This document shows positions 56,234-64,000 of a stretch of DNA of 64,000 nt, piece after piece. The notes beneath the pieces are model-generated. The model was not told the origin of the DNA, did not search any database, and was given only the letters and a program-made list of their open reading frames with translations. The stretch comes from an uncultured virus (IMG/VR IMGVR_UViG_3300042814_000160) (lineage: Duplodnaviria > Heunggongvirae > Uroviricota > Caudoviricetes). The DNA is taken from IMG/VR virus record IMGVR_UViG_3300042814_000160; one strand, written 5' to 3'. How positions within the stretch are numbered: the stretch's first letter is position 1; each line of letters starts with the position of its first letter. A program made the translations under genes and the position numbers.

Positions 56234-58289
56234 CTTCATCCTCCCAGCCGCTCCCGGCCTCGACCCACATCCCCCGCGCCACGACGCAATCCCGGAACCC
56301 CGCCGCCAGGGAATCCTTCCCCGACTTGTCGGCCACGACGTTCTGGATGTTGGGGTTCACTTGGCTGGTTCGCATCGTGGACGGCTTGAAGGTGGTTTCC
56401 GGGTGGACGCGATCATCGAGGTCCAGCCGCTTGAACGTCCCCTCGACGTACGTCCCCCGGACCTTGTTCACCGCACGATAGTCCAGGTTCAGCGCGTAGA
56501 AGGGATCACGTTTCGCGTTGAACAACTTGGTCAGGGTCTCCCGATCGACGCTGTCATTCCCGGTCGACTTCGACTTGCCCGGCTTGTCCCCCTTGGCCAG
56601 GACATAGGCCATCATTTGCTTGGGGGAATCGGGGTTGAAGGGCTCCTGCCAGAACCAGCGGGTGACACTCGCCACGTCGGTGAGGATGTCCGGGGTGAGT
56701 TGTTTGTCCTCGCAGCGGTGGGACTTCGCCACCTCCAATTTCCCGCACGCGCGACAGACCTGCACCTCGCGCATGACCAGCTTTTCCACGATGGTCGACG
56801 CGGCGTACACCCCCATCTTCAACGCATCGGGGGCGTCCTTTTTCTTGGTCCCATCGCGCTTGGTGTCCCGCCCCTTGGTGTGGACCGCGCCCTCGGCCGG
56901 CGGCCGGGTCAGGCCCAACTTCGGGGTCAGCGCGCGCACCCCCTCGGGGACATGGACCTGCATGGCGTGCAGCAACTTCGACGCCTCGGTGTCCAGCTTC
57001 CCCTTGAACGCGGTCAGCCGATCCCGGTCGATCGCCAACCCGACCTCGGTCGCCGGCGCGAGCGTCGTGGCGTGCCAGCGGGACATATGCCGCTCGAACA
57101 CGCTCCACCGACCCTGGCTGATCAGGTTCTCGACGATCCCGTCCCCGGTGCGCCGGGTGCGGACCCCGTCCTTGGCGGCATAGGCCACCGGCGCGGTTTT
57201 CGAGAGGTGCTTCCACGGTTCGACCTTGCAGTAGAAGGGGGTGGCGAACCCCAGCCCGGCGGGGAGGTCGCTCTGGAGCGCCTTCCACATCCACATCAAA
57301 TCCCAATTCCGCTGGCGGGCGCCGAGGGCCGGGTCGAGGAGTCCGGCCTTGAGCAGGCGGGGTTCATCGTACCCCTTGAACCAGTAGTACTTCACCCCCC
57401 ACGCCCACAGCATCTCGCTGATGCACCGGAGGTACTCGGGCTCGGCCGGGATGGTGATCCCCTCCTCGGGGTGGTAGGAGAGGTTGATCCGGTTGATCAC
57501 ATAGGAGGCGTCTTTTTCGGTGCCGATCAACGCACCCTCGTTCGCTTGCTTGTCAGGGGTCTCGATGTCCACCGCGAGGGGGTAGGCGAGGGGGTCCTGC
57601 GCGACGGCATCGAGGTACACCTTGACCCACGCGCGGAGCCAATCGAGCGGCGGGTCACACACGAGGGTCTCGGGATCGAGGGTGAACCCGGGGGCCAGCG
57701 CGGCGTCGGCCTGGTTGAGATCATAGGCGACCACGCCCATCAAATTGGTCGCGCCGCGGAGCAGGTGCGCGGGGTGGAAGGTCGGGACGATCCAGAGGTT
57801 CCGGGTAGGATCCCACGTGTAGGTCCCGTGGAAGTCGTCCAGGCTGTAATCACCCCCGCGCACGGGGAACCCGAGCATTCTCCGCAACGCCACGCCGCCC
57901 ATCGGCACCACCACCTTCGGGGGGTCGGACTTCAGCCGATCCTCCAGGTAGGTACACGTGGCGAGGGCCGACTCCGCCCAGGACTGCCCTTGGGTGGTGC
58001 CTCCCGGCGGGACACAGTGAATCGCGTTGTCCAGGCTGTACTGTTCACGCAGCTTGTTCACCAGGCGCATGACGCGCACCAGCATCGAGCCAGAGGCGCC
58101 CACAAACCCTTCCCCCTGAGCGCATTCGTCCCACCCGGGGGCTTCGCCAACCAAGCGCACCTGACCGCGGCCGCTCCCGGGCACAAACCCCGTCCCCGCG
58201 CGCTGGAGGCTGCACCCATCACAGGGGGTACCCACCCCGGGTTTGGGGAACCGGGGGGTCATGCGCGGGCGGCCGGCGGGGGCCTTCAC
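56217..58289 (-). CDS. polA: Family A DNA polymerase, N-terminal part: UDG family-4-like domain, 3'-5' exonuclease, thumb
   Basis: CDGCSL, VGEAPG, FVGASG, TFHPAHLLR; AVDIET, GYD, YAAKD; TMRTSQVNPNIQNV. Start 58289 (GTG) or 58262. Confidence 0.9.
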   Translation of the reverse strand: MKAPAGRPRMTPRFPKPGVGTPCDGCSLQRAGTGFVPGSGRGQVRLVGEAPGWDECAQGEGFVGASGSMLVRVMRLVNKLREQYSLDNAIHCVPPGGTTQGQSWAESALATCTYLEDRLKSDPPKVVVPMGGVALRRMLGFPVRGGDYSLDDFHGTYTWDPTRNLWIVPTFHPAHLLRGATNLMGVVAYDLNQADAALAPGFTLDPETLVCDPPLDWLRAWVKVYLDAVAQDPLAYPLAVDIETPDKQANEGALIGTEKDASYVINRINLSYHPEEGITIPAEPEYLRCISEMLWAWGVKYYWFKGYDEPRLLKAGLLDPALGARQRNWDLMWMWKALQSDLPAGLGFATPFYCKVEPWKHLSKTAPVAYAAKDGVRTRRTGDGIVENLISQGRWSVFERHMSRWHATTLAPATEVGLAIDRDRLTAFKGKLDTEASKLLHAMQVHVPEGVRALTPKLGLTRPPAEGAVHTKGRDTKRDGTKKKDAPDALKMGVYAASTIVEKLVMREVQVCRACGKLEVAKSHRCEDKQLTPDILTDVASVTRWFWQEPFNPDSPKQMMAYVLAKGDKPGKSKSTGNDSVDRETLTKLFNAKRDPFYALNLDYRAVNKVRGTYVEGTFKRLDLDDRVHPETTFKPSTMRTSQVNPNIQNVVADKSGKDSLAAGFRDCVVARGMWVEAGSGWEDEDVVAE

Positions 58290-58651
58290 AGGGTCCCCCG
58301 GAGATGGCCCACGGGGTCCCCATAGCGATCCGCGCGGTTCTCGTCCGGCGCGCCCCACTGGAGGTGCGAGGGGTTCACACAGGAGGGGTTGTCGCACCGG
58401 TGGCGGGCTTCGAGCCCCTGCCGGTCACTCAACGGCACCCCGTCGCTCAGGGAGAGGGCCATGCGGGCCGCCGGGACGATGAGAGACCCCGCGCGCTTGC
58501 CGTCCTCCCCGCGCCACTGGGACACGTAGAAGGCCGGTCGGGCAGGGCGGTGGCGGGACTTGGTGGAGTACGCCCCGGTCCACACCCAGCAGCCGAACAG
58601 GCCGGCGGAGGTGTCCACCTTGGCCCAGAAGCGATCGGCGATGGCGATCAT
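58286..58651 (-). CDS. HNH homing endonuclease
   Basis: RFWAKVD...CWVWTG...RHRCDNPSCVNPSHL. Confidence 0.85.
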   Translation of the reverse strand: MIAIADRFWAKVDTSAGLFGCWVWTGAYSTKSRHRPARPAFYVSQWRGEDGKRAGSLIVPAARMALSLSDGVPLSDRQGLEARHRCDNPSCVNPSHLQWGAPDENRADRYGDPVGHLRGTL

Positions 58652-58935
58652 CCCTTCCGCTCCCACCCCTCGTACCGCCTCGACGCCTTGGGGGCGAAGT
58701 GGCGATCGTTGGCGCGCTCGGCCCCGTCGATGATGTTCCGCACCGCCTGGCGCTGGCCGTCGGTGATCCGCCCCGTCCCCTGGATGGTGCGCGCGATCCC
58801 CTCCAGCGTCACGAACGCATAGCTGTATTGATCGTCCTCGCGGAGCGTGTTGACCCAGTCGAGGTACTCCTTGACCAGCGGGGTCAGGGTCGGTTGGTCG
58901 TTCAGGGGTTCGTCGCTGAAGTCGCTGAGATCCAC
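58648..58935 (-). CDS. Hypothetical protein
   Basis: GGAGGTGA RBS. Confidence 0.6.
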   Translation of the reverse strand: MDLSDFSDEPLNDQPTLTPLVKEYLDWVNTLREDDQYSYAFVTLEGIARTIQGTGRITDGQRQAVRNIIDGAERANDRHFAPKASRRYEGWERKG

Positions 58936-58938
58936 GGA

Positions 58939-59847
58939 TCACCTCCCGAGGCTCCGGGCGACCACCGCCCAGAATTCCTGCACCAACGTGGGCCAATGGA
59001 AGCGCAGCATCGCGGCGGTGCGCTCCGCCTCGGTGACCCGGCGATAGGGTTGGTTGACCAGCGCCAACAACGCCGCGACCGTCTCCTGCGGATCCCCTTC
59101 GGGGATGTACTCCGCCCACGATCCGAACCACTCCCGATAATGCGGCCGGTCGAACAGCACGGGGCGGGACCCACACAAGAGCCCCTCGGCGGCGGGGAAC
59201 TCGAATCCCTCGATCCGGCGGAGCCCACTCACGTACTGACACTGGCCCCACGCCTTCGCCACCTCGCGGTCGGTGAGGCCCACCCGGTGTTCGACCGTGG
59301 CGAACGGCGCGTGGAGCAGGTCCGGCCCGAGGTGAAACTGCCGGGCCCCCTTGCGGAGCACCACCTGGTACCACTCGTCCACCGACTCGGTGGAGGCGAC
59401 GTACCCGGAGGTCCCCACGAGGTATTTGTGCGAACACCCGCAGGGCCGGAAGATGGTTGCGTCGACCCCGAGGGGGGCGTGGTAGATGGTGTCGGTGTAG
59501 ACCAGCGGGGTGCCATCCTCGCGGGCCAAGGCTTCTAGGTCGTAGTAGCTCCACACGGCGGCCGCGCGGCTCCAGAGCGGCCCCCACGAGACGATGTAGG
59601 GGGTTTCGGTCGTGCGGACCATGTACTGGACGATCGCAAACGTGTGGAGGGGGAGGGCCTCGGCGGGCACCCGCTCCCCGTCGCCCAGCATGTGGATCAC
59701 CTGGAAGTCCGCCGGTTGAGACGGCGGCACCGGCTGCACCCAGCTCGGGGCGTAGGCGGCCAGGGCGTGCGCCACCCGGTGGATGGCGATGCCCAACTCG
59801 GGGCGGCAATGGGTGTGGACGCGCAGCGGGGCGGGGGACGCGGACAT
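58939..59847 (-). CDS. Glycosyltransferase, GT-B fold (GT4-like)
   Basis: RIEGFEFPAAEGLLCG (E-x7-E), F.W near C-terminus. Confidence 0.8.
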   Translation of the reverse strand: MSASPAPLRVHTHCRPELGIAIHRVAHALAAYAPSWVQPVPPSQPADFQVIHMLGDGERVPAEALPLHTFAIVQYMVRTTETPYIVSWGPLWSRAAAVWSYYDLEALAREDGTPLVYTDTIYHAPLGVDATIFRPCGCSHKYLVGTSGYVASTESVDEWYQVVLRKGARQFHLGPDLLHAPFATVEHRVGLTDREVAKAWGQCQYVSGLRRIEGFEFPAAEGLLCGSRPVLFDRPHYREWFGSWAEYIPEGDPQETVAALLALVNQPYRRVTEAERTAAMLRFHWPTLVQEFWAVVARSLGR

Positions 59848-59856
59848 GGGACGCTC

Positions 59857-60588
59857 CTACGGGTGGTGGACGACGATGTCGGGGGTGACGTAAATCGAGG
59901 CACCGGGGTCCCCGGTCCACGGGTCGTTGCGGCGGATGCTCTCACACCACCCCGCGAGGGCCTCCCCGGGGGGTGCGTGCTGCTCGGCCAGCCGCAGGGA
60001 GAAGCAGAAGCAGCTCCCGACGCTACTGACCTCGAACGGGTGGGTCGCATCGAAGTCGGCGGTGAAGGGCGGGTGTGGCCCGAACCGTGTGCCATCCAGC
60101 GCGCGGAACCCCCACGTGTCGTAGAAGGCATCCGCCGCCATGACCATGGGCGCGGTGACCACGTAGTTCAGCGCGTGGTACTGGATGGCCGCCCAGCGGT
60201 CGTAGAGGCCCCCGAGGGCGTCTACGGTCCAGACGAGGTCGCTCTCGACGTAGAGGCCCGCCTGGCCCTCCCGGCGCGCCATGCCGCCGAACACCGCATT
60301 CAGCGCCACGGTCACATCGCGCAGGCGTTCCGTCGTCTCCACCGACCCATGGACCGGGCCGCCGTGGTCACAGCGCAGGAGGTCCAGTTCGATCCCCTCG
60401 GCCCAGGCCCACGCCAGCGCCGCCTGCGCCGAGGCCCCACCGTCGTGGGAGTCCCCCTCGACCAGCACCACGGACAACTGGTGCCCCTGTGCGCTGAAGT
60501 GGCGACCCAACGCCCCGACCTGGCGAAAGAACCGGGCGAGATGGTCGGGGGCGGGTTTCCGGATCATCGAGCCCAGCACAATCTTCAT
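59857..60588 (-). CDS. Glycosyltransferase, GT-A fold
   Basis: VVLVEGDSHDG, LYVESDL (DxD-like), APMV...FYDTWGFR, SVGSC. Confidence 0.7.
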   Translation of the reverse strand: MKIVLGSMIRKPAPDHLARFFRQVGALGRHFSAQGHQLSVVLVEGDSHDGGASAQAALAWAWAEGIELDLLRCDHGGPVHGSVETTERLRDVTVALNAVFGGMARREGQAGLYVESDLVWTVDALGGLYDRWAAIQYHALNYVVTAPMVMAADAFYDTWGFRALDGTRFGPHPPFTADFDATHPFEVSSVGSCFCFSLRLAEQHAPPGEALAGWCESIRRNDPWTGDPGASIYVTPDIVVHHP

Positions 60589-61106
60589 CGCACCACTCCG
60601 ATTTTCCGCGCCGGTACCCCAGCCCAGATTTCCCCCGCCGGGACGTCGGTCCGTACGACCGCGCCGGCGCCGACCACCGCGTTTTCCCCGATGGTCACGC
60701 CCGGGAACACAATCGCGCCGGCGAACACGGCCGCGTTCTGGCGGAGGTGGACGAAACTGCGCTCCACCACATTCCCCGGGGCGATCGAGGAGCAGCTCCG
60801 ACCCACCCCCGGGACGTTGGTACCGCTGATCAGCGTCACCCGGCTGGAGCACACCACGCCCGCTTCGAGGATCGTGAACCCGCCCCCCACCCCGAGGTGG
60901 CAAAAGCTGGCCACGTGGACGTGGGCGCCGATCAGCATCCGCCCGGCACATTCGAGCTTGGTGAACCCATCGACCCGGGCGCTGCGATGGACGCGCAGGG
61001 ACTGCGGGTGGAGGACGATCCGCTGGGGGTCCTCCACGAGGGTGTGGTACTCACTCGGGTGGGCGCTGACCCACAGCGCCTCGCGGTACCCTTCGTGGAG
61101 GGTCAC
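60585..61106 (-). CDS. Hexapeptide-repeat (left-handed beta-helix) sugar acetyltransferase
   Basis: PGVTIGENAVVGAGAVV..DVP..EIWAGVPARKI. Confidence 0.9.
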   Translation of the reverse strand: MTLHEGYREALWVSAHPSEYHTLVEDPQRIVLHPQSLRVHRSARVDGFTKLECAGRMLIGAHVHVASFCHLGVGGGFTILEAGVVCSSRVTLISGTNVPGVGRSCSSIAPGNVVERSFVHLRQNAAVFAGAIVFPGVTIGENAVVGAGAVVRTDVPAGEIWAGVPARKIGVVR

Positions 61107-62185
61107 AGCGCCACCGCCCGATGGAGACTCTCGACGACGCGATCACATTCCCCTTGGGTCATTCCGGCGTAGGTCGGGAGGCTCAACCCTTGGTTGGCGA
61201 CGAGGGTGGCGTAGGGGTATTTCGTCGGCCAGTGGTTCTCGTAGTACATCGGCAGGGAGGGGATCACCGGGAAGGTGGGACGCGTGTCGATCCCGTCCGC
61301 ATCCATCGCGGCCATTACCAGATCGCGGTCGACATCGGCGGGGAGCACCACGGTGTACAACCACGCCGCGCTGCCTGGCGGGGAGGGGGCGGCCCCGAGC
61401 ACCCGGCGGTCGGCGATCGCGCCGGCGTAGTAGTGGTGCGCGGCTTGCCAGGAGAGAAGGGTCAAGGAGAGGTCCTTCAACTGGCTGACCCCAATCGCCG
61501 CCGGGATCTCCATGAGCCGGTAGTTGTACCCGACCGCCTCGTGCGCCCAGCGTCCCTTGGCGAGGTTGGTCCCTTGGCCGCGGAGGAGCCGCATCCGATC
61601 GGCGTATTCCTTGACGTCGGTAGCGACCGCGCCCCCCTCGCCCATCGTCACCACCTTGTTGGCGTAGAAGGACCAGGTGGCCAACGTATAGGTGGCCGGG
61701 TCGAGGTCGCCCCCGATGAATTGGGCGGCGTCCACAATGAGCGGGGTCCGGCGCTGGTGCTCCCCGCCGTAGCGGACGGGTAAATGGGGCTTGCACCCGT
61801 AGAGGGGGACGAGGATCTCGGCCCCGATGTACGGGGGGACCTTGGCCCGGTCCATCCCCCAGGTGTCCAGTTCGATATCCACGAACACGGGGCGGAGGCG
61901 CGCGTGCCGGACGGCATTCGCCGTGGCGACGTAGGAGAGGGCGGGCACCGCGACTTCATCCCCCTTGCCGAGGTCGAGGGCCTCCAGCGCGAGGTGGAGC
62001 GCCGCCGTGCCGCTGTTGCACGCGACCACCCAGCGGGTGCCTTGGAGGTTCGCCCACTGCCGCTCGAACTCGGCCACCCACCGCCCTTGGGTCAGGGTGA
62101 CTTCATCGAGACATTGATTGACCAGGCGCTTCCCCCACGGGCTCAGGCAGGGGCGACCCATCGGGATGCGGGGGAGATAACTCAC
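61103..62185 (-). CDS. DegT/DnrJ/EryC1/StrS PLP-dependent NDP-sugar aminotransferase (perosamine-synthase-like)
   Basis: CNSGTAALHLAL, IVDAAQ, SFYANKVVTMGEGG, GYNYRL. Confidence 0.95.
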   Translation of the reverse strand: MSYLPRIPMGRPCLSPWGKRLVNQCLDEVTLTQGRWVAEFERQWANLQGTRWVVACNSGTAALHLALEALDLGKGDEVAVPALSYVATANAVRHARLRPVFVDIELDTWGMDRAKVPPYIGAEILVPLYGCKPHLPVRYGGEHQRRTPLIVDAAQFIGGDLDPATYTLATWSFYANKVVTMGEGGAVATDVKEYADRMRLLRGQGTNLAKGRWAHEAVGYNYRLMEIPAAIGVSQLKDLSLTLLSWQAAHHYYAGAIADRRVLGAAPSPPGSAAWLYTVVLPADVDRDLVMAAMDADGIDTRPTFPVIPSLPMYYENHWPTKYPYATLVANQGLSLPTYAGMTQGECDRVVESLHRAVAL

Positions 62186-62757
62186 AGGGACTCCATGGTG
62201 TACCCGACCTTGAAGTCAGGTGGGGTGTGAAACCGGGGTTGATAATTGGGCCGGTTCTTCTCGGCGGTGAGGACCTGGGAGCGGTCCGTGGCCCACGCGT
62301 CGAGGAGGATCCAATACACCCAGTCCTCGATGCCGGGGTTGACGGACTCGCGGTTGCCGGCGACGTTGAGGATCCCGTACGCGTCGGGGACCGCGAAGTC
62401 GGCCATGAGGTCGGTCCACCACGTTTTGAGGGCCGCGGCGGTCGGGTTGGCGATCCAGTGCTTCCCGAGGGTGCGGGCGATCTGGATGGTCCGCGCGCTC
62501 CCGGTGTGCTTGAGGTCGCCGAAAATCACCACCCCCGAACAGTCGATGACGTTTTGCTCGGTGCGTGCCGTGTAGCGGCTGGAGCGGTGTTCCTGCAGCC
62601 CGTAGCGGGTGCCTAGGAAGGGTTTTGCACCGCGCTCGGTGAGCCAGCCCCGGGGGGCCCACCCACCCGTGGGGATGCCCATGGCGTGGCCGGCGCGGAG
62701 GCCGGCGAGGTCGGCGCCGGTTTGGCCGCCGGAGATGAGTTTGGCCGGTCGAATCAC
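62182..62757 (-). CDS. SLOG-superfamily protein (cpYpsA / putative molybdenum-carrier-like)
   Basis: ISGGQTGADLAGL...GGWAPRGWLTE...RTEQNV...LNVAGNRES. Confidence 0.85.
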   Translation of the reverse strand: MIRPAKLISGGQTGADLAGLRAGHAMGIPTGGWAPRGWLTERGAKPFLGTRYGLQEHRSSRYTARTEQNVIDCSGVVIFGDLKHTGSARTIQIARTLGKHWIANPTAAALKTWWTDLMADFAVPDAYGILNVAGNRESVNPGIEDWVYWILLDAWATDRSQVLTAEKNRPNYQPRFHTPPDFKVGYTMESL

Positions 62758-63197
62758 AGGGTCCTCGCCTTCTTCCGGAGTCGATAGCGTTTGAAGTCGT
62801 CCCGCCGGCAGATGCGGCAGAAGCGTCCGTGCGGTTGTCGTCCGGTATTCTCCGGCGTGTAGGCGTGCCCACGCTTACAGGTGATCTTGCGGGCGTTCTC
62901 CGCGCACACGCCGCCACCGGCGAGGATGTTCTGGCGCATCGTGGCGAGACGTAAGTGAGCCGGGTTCACACACCGCCGAACTCGACAGAGGTGATCGATG
63001 GTCATGCCGGCGGGGATCGCCCCGCGGTACATCACCCACGCGGCGCGATGAGCCAGCCACGTTTTCCCGTCCCAGTAGAACTTGCCGTACCCACCCCCAT
63101 CGGGGGCGTTCGTCAGTCCGGCGGTCCATAACCAGCAGCCCGCTGGCGCGACGTCAATCCGGACGTGGAGTCGATCGATCGCGGGGGTCACAGCCAT
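62754..63197 (-). CDS. HNH homing endonuclease with C-terminal Zn domain
   Basis: CWLWT, AHRAAW, IDHLCRVRRCVNPAHL, CKRGH...CRIC. Confidence 0.9.
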   Translation of the reverse strand: MAVTPAIDRLHVRIDVAPAGCWLWTAGLTNAPDGGGYGKFYWDGKTWLAHRAAWVMYRGAIPAGMTIDHLCRVRRCVNPAHLRLATMRQNILAGGGVCAENARKITCKRGHAYTPENTGRQPHGRFCRICRRDDFKRYRLRKKARTL

Positions 63198-64000
63198 GGG
63201 CGCACTTTAGTATGAACGGTGACTCTTTCACGTAGCCCACCCTCGGAACCTATCAATCTAAGGCCCTCCGGCGTGCGGCACCGGGACAAACTTACGTATA
63301 ACATGCCTGGAGACTTGAAGAACCCTTCCCGCGTGTTGATCTGGACGTTGTCCAACGTCAGCCCCTGGCACTTGTGAACCGTCGAGGCATAGGCCACGCG
63401 AATCGGCAGGTACACCACACTCCCCGCAATCTCCCAAATCGCCCGGCCGTTCTTGTCCCGTTCGATCTTCGCCTGCTGGCCGGTGGCGACCAATTCCTTC
63501 ACGCGTCCGGGTTCCAGCGGGATACGGTTGTACCGCGTGACCCAGTCGATATGCTGGACCTGGCCGTTCCGCTGGAGCTGCACGCACACCTGGGTCCCGT
63601 CCATTTGCACGACGGTGCCCAAGTCCCCATTGGCGTAGATCATCCGGCGGTTCTCGGGGTCGCGCGCGTTGGCGAGGATCATCACCAGCGCCCCTTCCTT
63701 GAGCGCGACGACGTCCGGGATGTTCTTCCAGTCGGTGCGCTGTTTGCCCTCGCGGCCACTGGCAAAGTGGACCTCGCGGGTGTCAATCCCGTCCATGCGG
63801 AGCGCGTTGTACCGGTCCACGGCATCGTTGGTGGCCATGAGGGTACACCCGGGGAAGTCGTGGAGGATCCCCTGTTCGAGCCGGGGCGCGAAGTAGTCCA
63901 CGACCGGGCCACTCACCCCCTGCCGGGCGGCGCCCAAGGCCGCGAGGAACCCCGGGTCGGCCTGGCGGCGCGGGATGGTCAGCTTGTGGATATGGTCGGC
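63188..64000 (-). CDS. Pif1/RecD-like SF1B helicase, C-terminal part (5' truncated)
   Basis: RRQADPGF, LKEGALVMILAN, NGDLG, PIRVAYASTVHKCQGLTLD, LYVSLSRCR. Confidence 0.9.
   Translation of the reverse strand, partial: ADHIHKLTIPRRQADPGFLAALGAARQGVSGPVVDYFAPRLEQGILHDFPGCTLMATNDAVDRYNALRMDGIDTREVHFASGREGKQRTDWKNIPDVVALKEGALVMILANARDPENRRMIYANGDLGTVVQMDGTQVCVQLQRNGQVQHIDWVTRYNRIPLEPGRVKELVATGQQAKIERDKNGRAIWEIAGSVVYLPIRVAYASTVHKCQGLTLDNVQINTREGFFKSPGMLYVSLSRCRTPEGLRLIGSEGGLRERVTVHTKVRPWL

Noticed and set aside
56161..56290. Split intein at the PolA break (CVVARGMWV...EDVV loosely resembles an intein N-terminal block)
   Set aside because: RDCVVARG fits the normal PolA sequence before motif A, and the second ORF has only about 14 extra residues with no HN-ending C-intein
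1..64000. Integrase, att site, tRNA or rRNA genes
   Set aside because: None recognised by eye; lifestyle cannot be called, and tRNAscan/Infernal would be needed to exclude RNA genes

Overview
The window is most of the genome of a high-GC tailed dsDNA phage, probably a podovirus (no tape-measure or sheath gene; portal, capsid, adaptors, nozzle and three ejection proteins present). It is cut inside minus-strand replication genes at both ends. Left arm (1-14.9 kb): recombination module (SSB-like, Sak4/AAA_24 ATPase, Cas4-like nuclease), a RepA-type helicase, a likely iteron origin, an Acb2/Tad1-like protein and many small early genes with sigma70-like promoters. Middle (15.4-54.1 kb, + strand): lysis, a terminase large subunit split by an in-frame TAG, head and tail genes. 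Right arm (54.1-64 kb, - strand): MTase-like gene, a UDG-fused family A DNA polymerase split into two ORFs, two HNH endonucleases, a SLOG protein, a Pif1-like helicase, and a four-gene amino-sugar cassette (DegT aminotransferase, acetyltransferase, GT-A and GT-B glycosyltransferases) that is a candidate DNA glyco-hypermodification system. Other notable signals: an exact RF2-type CTT-TGA-C +1 frameshift site joining two late ORFs, Sec-like signal peptides on fibre-like proteins, widespread leaderless promoters and two palindromic motif families. All functional calls come from motif recognition by eye; no database search was run. No tRNA, rRNA, CRISPR array or integrase was recognised.
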